In this document: positions 21,720 through 31,596 of the stretch, in pieces
Position numbering within the stretch: the stretch's first letter is position 1
How the letters are laid out: each line of letters begins with the position of its first letter
IMG/VR virus record: IMGVR_UViG_3300044731_002337
Span: 62,001 to 126,000 of that record
Reading direction: 5' to 3' (one strand)
Length of the DNA: 64,000 nt
Notes under the pieces: model-generated
Database searches by the model: none
Told to the model about the DNA's origin: nothing
Seen by the model: the letters and a program-made list of their open reading frames with translations, nothing else
Translations under genes and position numbers: made by a program

Positions 21720-22892
21720 ATGAGAGAGGTAGTAAGTGTACATGTTGGAGAGGCGGGGATACATATGGGGGATAAGATATGGGATACATTGCGATGTGAT
21801 GGACAGCATGAGACAATGTTTCGAGAGACGAATCGATCTGTAATGGTACCACGAGCAGTGTTTGTTGATTTGGATCCTTATGTAGTGGAAGAGATAAGAG
21901 GTAAGTATGATCCGTATTATGTATTGGGGGGTAAAGAGGATGCGTCTTGTAATTTTGCGAGGGGATATTGTACTGTGGGCCGAATGATGATTGATGTCTT
22001 ATGGGATCGTGTATGTCATATGATGGAGGCTTGTGATAGTATGCAAGGATTATTCTTAACGCATGCAGTCGCTGGAGGAACAGGAGGTGGAGTAAGTAGT
22101 TTATTAAGTGAGAAATTGGATGATCATTATCCCCGTTTAGTGAAAATGGGGATTCAAGTGATTCCTGCACCACAGATCTCGAGTGCTGTTGTAGAACCTT
22201 ATAATACCATGTTATGTCAGCATTATATGATGAATCAGATTCAGACAAAGATTATGGTGGACAATGAAGCGCTGTATGATTTGAGTATGATGAGGCGTGG
22301 AATTGAGAAGCCTGGGTATGCAGATTTGAATGAGATGGTAGCTCAAATGGTAATGTCTATGGATGTGTCGTTACAAGAGTATTATACGAATTTGGTACCT
22401 TATCCTCGGATTCATTATATGACGGCAGCGTATGCCCCCATGACGGAGAATATCTTTGCTACTCCATCGCCGTACGAAATGACGCGTGATGTCTTGAATT
22501 TACAGAACCGAATGGTAAAAGTGTATGGCAATCCAGGTAAATGGATTTCAGCGTATGTTATGTATCGTGGCGGTATAACAAGTCGTGAAGTGAATGAGGC
22601 ATTGACTAGGTATCGAGAAAAGAAACATGTGTTACCGTTTGTGGATTGGAGTCCTTTAGGTATGAAGTGTGGATTGAGACCAGAAGATAAACAAAGAGGT
22701 GTGGGGTTATTGGTGAATGATACAGTGATTAAGGAATTTATAGCAAGAAATAATAAGAAATTCGATATCATGTGGGATAAAGGTGCCTTTATGCATTGGT
22801 ATTTACAGGAGGGTTTAGAAATAAGTGAATTTATGGAGGCCAGGGAAAATATGGCGGCATTAGAAATGGATTACTTGGAAATTGTAAGCTAA
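21720..22892 (+). CDS. TUBA: Divergent, loop-deleted alpha-tubulin-like protein (390 aa)
   Basis: MREVVSVHVG, PRAVFVDLDP, GKEDASCNFARG, AGGTGGG, SAVVEPYN, DNEALYD, TNLVPYPRIH, FVDWSP, EARENMAALEMDY. These match alpha-type rather than beta-type diagnostic motifs. Confidence 0.95.
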   Translation: MREVVSVHVGEAGIHMGDKIWDTLRCDGQHETMFRETNRSVMVPRAVFVDLDPYVVEEIRGKYDPYYVLGGKEDASCNFARGYCTVGRMMIDVLWDRVCHMMEACDSMQGLFLTHAVAGGTGGGVSSLLSEKLDDHYPRLVKMGIQVIPAPQISSAVVEPYNTMLCQHYMMNQIQTKIMVDNEALYDLSMMRRGIEKPGYADLNEMVAQMVMSMDVSLQEYYTNLVPYPRIHYMTAAYAPMTENIFATPSPYEMTRDVLNLQNRMVKVYGNPGKWISAYVMYRGGITSREVNEALTRYREKKHVLPFVDWSPLGMKCGLRPEDKQRGVGLLVNDTVIKEFIARNNKKFDIMWDKGAFMHWYLQEGLEISEFMEARENMAALEMDYLEIVS

Positions 22893-22939
22893 TGCAATGG
22901 AGTATTTTCGGATTGGATGACGCCTGGCGGTTTAGAATG

Positions 22940-25900
22940 TTAATAAAATAAACCTGAAACTAAATTCCACAAGTATATTAAAACTCGAGTGGGATACCAA
23001 TGGTGGCTAGTTTCCTCTTGTGTGTAATGCTCTTCACTTGCTTTTAGGTTGTCACGAATTCGCTCGAAAGTCTTAATGGTTCCAAATAATTTTAATGTGG
23101 ATTGCGCGAGTTTCATATCATCTATTTTTGTGCATTTACCGTTTATACATAACTCACGTGTATCTGTTTTTAAATGAGCTGTAACCTTATGGTGAACTTG
23201 TTCTTTTTGTATACCATAATCTATTATATGTGTTGATCCAGTAGGTACTAATGAATCTAAATAACTTGATTGTTCCAAGGCTTGGCCTCGATCGACTTCG
23301 TGATATGCCTGTAAAATACTTGCAACAATACGTATTTGTTCGTCAGACAATGACAAGAAATTTTTCTTAAGCGTTTCTATGAGAAGGCCCCAATACTCAA
23401 TTTGCTGATCGAGACGATACGAGTAATATACTTCAAGATTCAGCTTCAGCACGCCCTCTAGTTCTCGTATATCAAGCACCTCACCACCAATAATAAGTTG
23501 TGTAGGGTTTTCCATCTTAGTGACTGAAACTCCAGTTACAATACGGTGTTTTATCGTATTCGTAGGTACTACTACAGGGTATAAATTGTTTTCATCGCCA
23601 TCAATATCATCATGTGTTGGTGAACCATGATCATGCAATGTTGTATTTGTATGTTTGGAGTGGGCTTTAGGATATTTTTTGACGCCTCGAACGGGGGTTA
23701 CTAGTGGTGGATTCTTACTGCCGCCCTTATTGCCCGGTGAACCATGATCATGTAATGTTGCATTTGTATGTTGGAGTGGAGCTTTAGGATATTTTTTGAC
23801 GCCTCGAACGGGGGTTACTAGTGGTGGATTCTTACTGCCGCCCTTATTGCCCCCACTGTGTAATGTCGCATTTGTAGAGTTTTGATGGCCTTGGGGTAGA
23901 GTTACCACAATTTGCGGTATACTAGAATTCCCTGTGTACTGATTAGCACTAATTTGTTGTACTGGTGGGTCTTCTTTTGCAAATAGACTTGAAGCTACTC
24001 CCGCTGCACTAATAGCTGCTAACTCTCCTGGAGTTGGTTTAGGATTAGGGTTAGGGCCAGTTGGATTAGGATTAGGACCAGTTGGATATTTTGGGTCAGT
24101 GTTTGGACCAGTTGGATTGGCTTGATCAGTATTGCCACCAATTTGGTTTACTGGGTTTTGAGGTTTTTCGGCGTTCAATTCTTCGATTCTATACTGTACT
24201 AGGTTGTTTATTTGGTCACGTAAAGGTAAATGTCCCCACCCTTTCGCCTTAATAATTTTTTGGTTTTCTTCCCACGTTTCTATAGAGCGTAGTATTTCCG
24301 GCGTTAGGGGGATTCCGTCTCGAATAAGTCGTTGCAATGTGGGATTAGGAAATAACCTATCAAGCACTGAATGATACTCTAAGTTTGCTTGAGTGTATAT
24401 AAGGGGGTCAGGTGCAACTTTCTTGGCAGGAGATATAACATGAGTAACAATATCTCCAGGTCTTTCTCCCAACCCAATATCATGATCATGTTTAAATAGC
24501 ACATCATGCATGGCCTTGTATTTTACAACCTGCATCCATTGCTCATACGTCTCATCCTTCTCCCTCTTGACCTGGGATTGTACTTCAAGCATACGTTGTT
24601 TCAGGGAGAAGGAGGAAAATACAATGGCATCCCTAAGTATAGGATCAACGATGGAATCTTTGGTATAATATTGGGTAGTCATTAGCTTGAATATTCCTTG
24701 ACCTAACGATGTCTTATTCAATGTATCGAGTTGATTCTCATGATTTAGTGCATGATAAGTAGTTTGTAAGGTCTTACGTAACCATTCATTGGTAATGTGT
24801 CCTTTAGGTGGATTGTTAAGAGCTACTTCTCGCAACGTTTGATCAAAGGCGTGTAATGAGGGGTCGTGCTGCACTTCAAAAACCGTTTGTCCAAATGATT
24901 GATAAAATTGGGATACACAATCTTGTCCTTGTAATCGTTTATCATCATTAAACATCTTTCGTAAACGGATGGCTTCACCAATGCTTTCTCTTTGCCCATA
25001 GAATGAAATATTAAACATGATATTGTTGCGAATGTCTTGGAGCATGAGGAGTATATTTTGAGCACCCATGATGCTGGATACGATGTTGCGAATGTCTGGA
25101 CATGAATACTGGTGAGAAGTAAAAAAACCAAGTAGTTTTTGAATGAATGAGCATATATATTCGAATAACCAATCATTCACGCGGGTAGTCAAACGTCCTA
25201 ATAAAGGATGATGATTTGAAGTAATGGTATTGAAGATCATGGAGGTACATGTTTGATAGACACAGGCGAAAGCGTATGACCAGTTATCTGATTTTTGTAA
25301 AATGCTCCACCCAAATTTGAGACCGTGTTCAGTTTGATCAAATAATGAAGCAATGCCTTTATCTGCTGCAGTGACAGTTGCAATAAAGTCGGCGTTGAAA
25401 TATTCTGTCGCATTTTCCCCTGTAATTGCACTGAGAAAACCAAATAAGGGAAAAAACCGAAGAATCATTTGACTGGTTGGCAGGTGCTTAATGTGATGTA
25501 AAATTTTGAAAGCACCATGAAAGCCTTTATCAATAAACTGATGGATGGAAGTCACAATACTGCGAAGCCAATTACCAATGATATACATGGCGCCGAAAGC
25601 AATCAGTTCAAACACATCAGTAGGGGAGGAAATGGTTTGTACGACAAAGAGTGCCAGTGAGATAGCACAAGAGGCATATCGAATCAGTGAAATGTACCAT
25701 GCAATAGTGTTGACGTATTGAAGTACGCTGTAGATAGAGTCTAATACAGCTTGTCGTTGTGCTTTGGTAATGTACAAGTTCCATTCTTTGGATACAGCTG
25801 TTTCTGGGATGTCAGGTTGAGCAAACATTTCGGTGAGGTGTTTATCCAAGTGTAGATGGTCACTGAAGCGTTGGATGTAAGCTAAGGATCGTGGAGTGAG

Positions 25901-26626
25901 ATGGGTATCGAGAAGTCGTCTAAGGATGGTAACTTGTACATGCCATTCATGTATTAGTTTAATAAAATGTGGGTCGATGAATTCGGGTATATGATCTTGA
26001 ATGAGGAGGTGATTTTGGATGTAGTCACGACCTGGAAAGGGTATTTTCTTGTCTTTGAATTTGAGGATATAAGGGAAAAGATCATCGATATGAAAGCACC
26101 ATAATTTGCCGTCCGGATCATAAGGGATAGGTATATGGAAAATTTCCCAAGAGAGATTACGTGAAGTGTGAGGTCCAATTGGAATGAAATAACAAAGTTC
26201 ATCTAGTCGACGGGGTGTTTGAGATATCGACCATCGTGTTTTACTAATAATATCATTAAGAATCTTTTCAGACTTGTCTGGCTCCGGATCTTTTGGTTGC
26301 CATTCAGGCGGGACATCTGATGAAGAAGAAATCATATCTGCTAATACCGGATCAGGTACACCCAATTGATGTAATACTTTATTTGTCATATACAACTCCA
26401 TCTTGGGGGATATATGTTTGGCCTTTTGAATCTTAGCATTATGTTCTAATGTCTTTTGAAATGTATCCAACTTACGATGTAACACAAAGATTTGATGTGG
26501 GGTAACATTTTTGGCTTCTTTGATAAACATTTGTCCTGATTTATTATTTTTTCCCAATACATTAGGTGGCGATGTTAATAAATCATTAATTTTTTTGGCT
26601 TCCTGTGAAATATCTGTCTTGTTCAT
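22940..26626 (-). CDS. Large hypothetical membrane-associated protein with internal 39-aa duplication
   Basis: 1228-aa ORF with hydrophobic segments around aa 300-400, PNPNPTG repeats, a duplicated GGSKNPPLVTPVRGVKKYPKA unit and a hydrophobic C-terminus. Confidence 0.75.
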   Translation of the reverse strand: MNKTDISQEAKKINDLLTSPPNVLGKNNKSGQMFIKEAKNVTPHQIFVLHRKLDTFQKTLEHNAKIQKAKHISPKMELYMTNKVLHQLGVPDPVLADMISSSSDVPPEWQPKDPEPDKSEKILNDIISKTRWSISQTPRRLDELCYFIPIGPHTSRNLSWEIFHIPIPYDPDGKLWCFHIDDLFPYILKFKDKKIPFPGRDYIQNHLLIQDHIPEFIDPHFIKLIHEWHVQVTILRRLLDTHLTPRSLAYIQRFSDHLHLDKHLTEMFAQPDIPETAVSKEWNLYITKAQRQAVLDSIYSVLQYVNTIAWYISLIRYASCAISLALFVVQTISSPTDVFELIAFGAMYIIGNWLRSIVTSIHQFIDKGFHGAFKILHHIKHLPTSQMILRFFPLFGFLSAITGENATEYFNADFIATVTAADKGIASLFDQTEHGLKFGWSILQKSDNWSYAFACVYQTCTSMIFNTITSNHHPLLGRLTTRVNDWLFEYICSFIQKLLGFFTSHQYSCPDIRNIVSSIMGAQNILLMLQDIRNNIMFNISFYGQRESIGEAIRLRKMFNDDKRLQGQDCVSQFYQSFGQTVFEVQHDPSLHAFDQTLREVALNNPPKGHITNEWLRKTLQTTYHALNHENQLDTLNKTSLGQGIFKLMTTQYYTKDSIVDPILRDAIVFSSFSLKQRMLEVQSQVKREKDETYEQWMQVVKYKAMHDVLFKHDHDIGLGERPGDIVTHVISPAKKVAPDPLIYTQANLEYHSVLDRLFPNPTLQRLIRDGIPLTPEILRSIETWEENQKIIKAKGWGHLPLRDQINNLVQYRIEELNAEKPQNPVNQIGGNTDQANPTGPNTDPKYPTGPNPNPTGPNPNPKPTPGELAAISAAGVASSLFAKEDPPVQQISANQYTGNSSIPQIVVTLPQGHQNSTNATLHSGGNKGGSKNPPLVTPVRGVKKYPKAPLQHTNATLHDHGSPGNKGGSKNPPLVTPVRGVKKYPKAHSKHTNTTLHDHGSPTHDDIDGDENNLYPVVVPTNTIKHRIVTGVSVTKMENPTQLIIGGEVLDIRELEGVLKLNLEVYYSYRLDQQIEYWGLLIETLKKNFLSLSDEQIRIVASILQAYHEVDRGQALEQSSYLDSLVPTGSTHIIDYGIQKEQVHHKVTAHLKTDTRELCINGKCTKIDDMKLAQSTLKLFGTIKTFERIRDNLKASEEHYTQEETSHHWYPTRVLIYLWNLVSGLFY
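23619..23852. repeat. Intragenic tandem duplication, 117-bp period x2
   Basis: GGTGAACCATGATCATG recurs at 23619 and 23736; a core of about 72 bp is identical. Confidence 0.9.
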
Positions 26627-26653
26627 GGTATTATTTTTTTTTTATTAGTCTTA

Positions 26654-26776
26654 CTAATCAGTAGGAGTAGTAACTTGGCGTCGAGCAGGAATATAAATTG
26701 TCATATACCATATATGGATCATGATGGAAGCAATAATCAATAATAAGGCAATGGCTACTGTAATGAGACTGATCAT
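26654..26776 (-). CDS. Small single-TM peptide (40 aa), below the ORF-track cutoff
   Basis: MISLITVAIALLLIIASIMIHIWYMTIYIPARRQVTTPTD-stop fills the gap between co-oriented genes. Confidence 0.45.
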   Translation of the reverse strand: MISLITVAIALLLIIASIMIHIWYMTIYIPARRQVTTPTD

Positions 26777-26783
26777 AGACTTT

Positions 26784-27264
26784 TCAAAAGTGGTTGTCAA
26801 CATTCTTTTTTGATGTTAGTTGTCTTTTTTTTTCTACTTGCGGTGTATAGTTTTTTACATGAAGATACATGGCATTATCCAAAGTTGATTGATATTTGAA
26901 CCCAAAACGAGTGTAAAGGGTAGAATGGAAAGGTAACACATTGTCCAAACAAATGGTATGAATGCGTTGACGTTTTGCTTTCAAGATGAGATCATGTAAC
27001 ATTTGTGAGGCAACACCAATGCCTCTATCATTTCGTGGAACATATAGGAATGCAATGTACCTGTGTAAAATACAATTCAATGTGGGCAAAAAATAAAAGA
27101 ATTACAAACATACCAAGAATGACGACGATAATGTCTTACGTCCATATAGAATTATCCGATGTGCTGATTTCAGAAAGTGGTAAATCGGGACATACTTCAA
27201 ACGAATGAATGAATACATTGTATGGTGTTATGTGAATTGTTCTAGACATGAAGTGTGGATTCAT
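26784..27264 (-). CDS. GNAT-family acetyltransferase, 2 exons (27264..27140, 27060..26784), about 133 aa
   Basis: YIAFLYV...DRGIGVASQML (motif A) and LYTRFGF. A 79-nt GTAAGA..TACACAG phase-2 intron (27061..27139) supplies the missing N-terminus. Confidence 0.7.
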
Positions 27265-27530
27265 ACATCTAGGTAAGAAATGATTTTTTTGTATTGTCTC
27301 ATTTGTGTAGTATGTGTGTAACCATTAAAGGGGGAGTTATGTGGGTGAATGGAGAAAAGATGGAGGATGAAGAAGACATTATGGATACATTTCAAATACA
27401 TCCAAGACTCTTATTATGGGAGAGATATGTAAATACACCAAAAGATCTACTACAACGTATACAACAGTTTGGCATGTATCCAGGTAAGACAAATGATGAA
27501 CATACGTTTATAACTTTTGGCGTAGAGTAA
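27205..27530 (+). CDS. Small hypothetical protein, possibly 2 exons (27205..27272, 27311..27530)
   Basis: Strong 38-nt AG|GTAAGA..TGTGTAG intron (27273..27310) joins ATG 27205 in frame. Could instead start at 27312. Confidence 0.4.
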
Positions 27531-27538
27531 ATGAAGAC

Positions 27539-30190
27539 TTATCTTCGCGAGAGGGAATAGCCGAGTATGGTTGCGACAAATAGAATGCCATGTCCAATTG
27601 GTAAATGGGTATATGCTGGAGCGTTTGTCCTTTTCACCTTGAGCCTAATACCATGTAATACAACTTTCAAAGCTTTCCATAATTCCTTCCATTCCACATC
27701 TTTTTCATTAAATCTTTTTCGGAGTAATTCAATAGGATTTTCAATTTTAGCATGTAAAGCGTCATTAATTTCTCGACGATTCCAAGCGCTTTGTTCGGCG
27801 TCTTCAGCTCTTTTTTCAGCTTCTTCCAATTTCTTCACTTTTTCACGTAAAAGGTCCTGTAATGATTTTAAAGCTAAGTGCAAGCCGAAAATGGAAGAGT
27901 CCAAGCAATAACTATTTACGCTAAGAATTTCATCAATTCGAGATTTTACCTGTTCTTGCTCAGCTATTCTATCTTGGTGTAATTGGTCAAGGTCACTTCG
28001 TAGTCTCGCGAGTGATTGTTGTAGTCCCTCAATGATCACATCTTTAGCTAGTACACATTGATCAAGTTCAGATACTTTTTGTCTGTGGGCATTCATGGTG
28101 TCTTGTTGTAATGCTAGGTGGGTTTCTCTTTGAACTTTTAATAATTCCTCATAATTAGATTGTCTTTCTGCTAATTGCTCTGAGTGATTGGATCTTAGTC
28201 TTTCCAATTGTTCGGATTGCTTTCGTTTAAATTCCTCTAACCTTTCAGTATACTCTGCATCTTTTTTTGTTATTTTGTCATTCAATTTCTGTGAGTATCT
28301 TTCTTTAGCGTCATTATAGTCAGATTTATGTTTGTCTATCTCTTCATCAAATTCAGAACGAATGGTTTGCAACTCCTTATCATATCGACCACGTTGTATT
28401 TCGAGTGCTTGCCATTGCCTTTGTTTCAAATCTACAATTTCTTGTGCATGATCTTTCTTTAATTGGTCTATCTGTCCTTGTAGTCTTAGTAATTCTTTTT
28501 TACCTTCATGCACATCTTTTACAAGTTCCCGTATTTGACTATTTAGCTGAACATTTTTTAGTTGTGCTTCTTCAAGACTTTGTGTTAAAGCATCATTACC
28601 GCTTGTCAAATCTTCTATTTCCTTTCGTAGACTGGTTTTTCGTTCTTCGGCCTCTTCTATTTCTTTATTTTTTTTACTCAATTCGGTATTCAGGTCAAGT
28701 TTCGCTGATTCTAAATTCGCTATTTTTTGTTTAGATTTGGTAATAGATGCGCGCAGTTCTTGTTCTTTTTGGGCATATTCGCTTTTCTGTGTTTCAAGTT
28801 GATTTTTCATGTGCTTCACAGATTCAGTATACTGTTGCTCCGAAGCTTGTAAATTTCCTTGATATTCTAGTTTTAGTTGTTGTTTAAGCGCCTGGTTTGT
28901 TTCCTCAAGTTCTGCCTCATGTAATGTTCTCATGCCCGCAATGTTTCGCGCATGTTCTGCAGTTAGTTGCTCTTGTGCTTTCTCTAATTTGTGTATTTTT
29001 TGCTCATGTTCAGTTTTCAGTAGTCTCATTTTAGTTAATTGTTGGGTTTCAAGCATGATCTGTTGCCATTTTGAAATGATATGTCTTTTTCGTACTAATT
29101 TTTCCAATTCCTTTTGGTTTTCAGTTAACCTATTTTGTGATTGTTTGTATTCTTCGTTAAGATCATGTATTGTTTTGGCATGTTGGGTTTTCAGTTGTGT
29201 CAATTCTTCATTTAAACGCTTATTAGTGGCTCTTTCTTCTTGTAATTTGGAACTGAAATCCCTTTCCATGGTAGCTACGTCACTTTCTAACTTACTGATG
29301 GTATTAGCTTGGTTGCCGAGCTGGTCGATAAGTTCCTGACTCTTGCCAAATAAATTTAATTTTTTCTCACCGAATATAATTATGATTGCTATGAGATGAA
29401 TGTTATCACATTTCTTTAGGGCGTTGAGAATGATGGCGACAAGAGCAGTTTGGTCTTTCTTGCCAAGTTCTTTTTCCAAAAGCTTTCGATCTTTTTCAAA
29501 GTGGAAAGTTAGAGTTTCGATATTAATATCAACCGATGTTTTATAATCACCACTGATAATACCGTAAGAGGTACGTAATTTAAGCAGTGCAAATACAAAT
29601 TGCCACCCTATTCTTTGCAAACTAGTTAAATATAATCCCACATATTGCTTATCTAGTCGCTCAACCTTATCGATTAACTCAATGTCATTTTTTTGTAATC
29701 TTTCTTGTAAGAATTTGCTGATTTGTACTCCAGAATCATTGAACAACATATTTTGTTGTTTATTGATTACATAATCAGGAAATAGAGTTTTACAATACAA
29801 ATAATGACTAGGAATAGGGTATATGTCAGCTGAAATCACCAACGTCAGGTTTGTTATGTAGCGAAGAACGTCAAACCTATTATCTTCGATGTTCATATCT
29901 TTACCATTGATGTTATTTAGAGTATAACGAATATGCTCGTCCACAATACTAAAATTGCTTGAACTACTTTTACGATGGGATTTTGGTTTCAATTCGAATG
30001 TATTTATAACATTCTGTAAAGCATCTTGTCCATTAAAGAATATGTTGTAATTCTGTTTACACAATTCAAAGTCCTGTTGTACACTATGTTTAATTTCTTC
30101 TGTGTGTTGATCTGTTGTCGCATTGTCAAGATGAAAAGGGTTATGCGTTTTAAGAAATTGTATAAATTCTTCATTTGAATTAAAAGTCAT
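27539..30190 (-). CDS. Long coiled-coil protein
   Basis: 883 aa, with about 550 aa of E/K/Q/L heptad-like sequence and a hydrophobic C-terminal end. Confidence 0.8.
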   Translation of the reverse strand: MTFNSNEEFIQFLKTHNPFHLDNATTDQHTEEIKHSVQQDFELCKQNYNIFFNGQDALQNVINTFELKPKSHRKSSSSNFSIVDEHIRYTLNNINGKDMNIEDNRFDVLRYITNLTLVISADIYPIPSHYLYCKTLFPDYVINKQQNMLFNDSGVQISKFLQERLQKNDIELIDKVERLDKQYVGLYLTSLQRIGWQFVFALLKLRTSYGIISGDYKTSVDINIETLTFHFEKDRKLLEKELGKKDQTALVAIILNALKKCDNIHLIAIIIIFGEKKLNLFGKSQELIDQLGNQANTISKLESDVATMERDFSSKLQEERATNKRLNEELTQLKTQHAKTIHDLNEEYKQSQNRLTENQKELEKLVRKRHIISKWQQIMLETQQLTKMRLLKTEHEQKIHKLEKAQEQLTAEHARNIAGMRTLHEAELEETNQALKQQLKLEYQGNLQASEQQYTESVKHMKNQLETQKSEYAQKEQELRASITKSKQKIANLESAKLDLNTELSKKNKEIEEAEERKTSLRKEIEDLTSGNDALTQSLEEAQLKNVQLNSQIRELVKDVHEGKKELLRLQGQIDQLKKDHAQEIVDLKQRQWQALEIQRGRYDKELQTIRSEFDEEIDKHKSDYNDAKERYSQKLNDKITKKDAEYTERLEEFKRKQSEQLERLRSNHSEQLAERQSNYEELLKVQRETHLALQQDTMNAHRQKVSELDQCVLAKDVIIEGLQQSLARLRSDLDQLHQDRIAEQEQVKSRIDEILSVNSYCLDSSIFGLHLALKSLQDLLREKVKKLEEAEKRAEDAEQSAWNRREINDALHAKIENPIELLRKRFNEKDVEWKELWKALKVVLHGIRLKVKRTNAPAYTHLPIGHGILFVATILGYSLSRR

Positions 30191-30219
30191 GTTTTTTTAT
30201 TTTATGTATCCATGAATTA

Positions 30220-31557
30220 TTAGGGAACTAATTGTCTCAAACTTGATACGTCAACGAGCTGAACATTTAATGGTATATTATCGAGTACCCCGTCACCACC
30301 TGGTAATTTATTCTCCTCAATGGTTTTGGATTTAGAAGATTTCTTTTTGTTGTTTTTATTCTTCTTATTCTTCTTATTCTTCTTCTTCTTCTTCTTTTCT
30401 GTATTTGTAGTCTTTTTATGGGGTTTTCGTGGTTTCTGGGAGGCTGGTGGTGGCGGTAAGACAATGGTAGAAGGATCTTGTGCGTAACATAGAGTGATAT
30501 AACAAGCTAAATGATATCGTTGTAAAAAGGCAAGAGTTTTCTTTTCGGTGATGGAATCCTGTACTATCATATAGCGTCGATATACACATGGAGAGATAGC
30601 ATGTTGGAATGAATCGACTCTCTGTACTGGAACATTACTTTGAGGTGAAATGGTTGCATGGGTGATTGTGACAGGTGTGGAGGAGGAAGGGTCGACTGAT
30701 AAAGGGCGAATGATAAGTGAAGGATCATAAATATACCCCTTGTACAATACATTGAGTTCTGGGTTGGGTATGGAAGTCATTTGTGTCATATAAGCAGGTG
30801 AAGAAAATACAATCACATCACCACTATAATCATCAGGTGAATCTTGAAGAAACTTCCACAAATCATCATCCGTCTTATAGGTTACCCTTTGTGTAGCGAG
30901 AGAAGAAAGATCATAACTCATAATGGGCGGTAGTGGCGAAAAGGGGACGATCATAGAAATGGGTTTTCTGGAATCTTGGGGTAAAGAGGAAATGTAAAAT
31001 AATGTGATTACCATATTAGGATCTGTGCCAGGTAATTCTGAAATAGGACTAAATTGATTCGTAGTACGCATATTATCGTAGCTATACCACTTATCTTCAT
31101 ATAGTACTAACGAAGTAAAATGATTTTCATTTTTGAATAACTGAACGGCGACTAAGGTCCAATGATCAATGTTAGGAAAGAGCTGCAAATTGAATGTTCT
31201 AGTTTGTAAATTGATGACACGTAGATTACAGTAGTTTTGGATCTTCATCTTTTCGGTAAGTTTGGGTGCATAGTCTTGGTTATTCACTTGGATACTGAAC
31301 CAAGTAAAATTTTGAGGGAAAAGCTTAATTAAGAACATGGAATAGGGTTGATAACGACCGTAATTTGAAATGTGAAAGTGTTTATATAATTCTTCATGTG
31401 TTTCATGGTTGTATTTGCAAATGTAATTAATGTCTGGGTTGGAGTCGAGTATGGGTATTCGGTAGTGTTGAACTAGTAAACGAAGAATGACACTAGTGGA
31501 GGCAATGAGGCAATTATTTTTATAAAGTGCATCTGCTGGTTTGAGTAGACTCTCCAT
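30220..31557 (-). CDS. Possible USP-like (peptidase C19) deubiquitinase domain with basic tail
   Basis: N-terminal KNNCLIAS resembles a Cys box. LVAVQLFKNENHFTSLVLYEDKWYSYDN resembles a His box. Confidence 0.45.
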   Translation of the reverse strand: MESLLKPADALYKNNCLIASTSVILRLLVQHYRIPILDSNPDINYICKYNHETHEELYKHFHISNYGRYQPYSMFLIKLFPQNFTWFSIQVNNQDYAPKLTEKMKIQNYCNLRVINLQTRTFNLQLFPNIDHWTLVAVQLFKNENHFTSLVLYEDKWYSYDNMRTTNQFSPISELPGTDPNMVITLFYISSLPQDSRKPISMIVPFSPLPPIMSYDLSSLATQRVTYKTDDDLWKFLQDSPDDYSGDVIVFSSPAYMTQMTSIPNPELNVLYKGYIYDPSLIIRPLSVDPSSSTPVTITHATISPQSNVPVQRVDSFQHAISPCVYRRYMIVQDSITEKKTLAFLQRYHLACYITLCYAQDPSTIVLPPPPASQKPRKPHKKTTNTEKKKKKKNKKNKKNKNNKKKSSKSKTIEENKLPGGDGVLDNIPLNVQLVDVSSLRQLVP

Positions 31558-31596
31558 CTATTATCTTTTTTTTTTCAAAGGCATAGTTAAAAATAA

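Noticed and set aside
19143-22771. Antisense or alternate-frame ORFs such as 19143..19670, 21679..22248 and 22415..22771 (also 907..1152 and many ORFs under 130 aa)
   Set aside because: They lie opposite or inside well-supported genes and have low-complexity mirror composition; treated as shadow ORFs.
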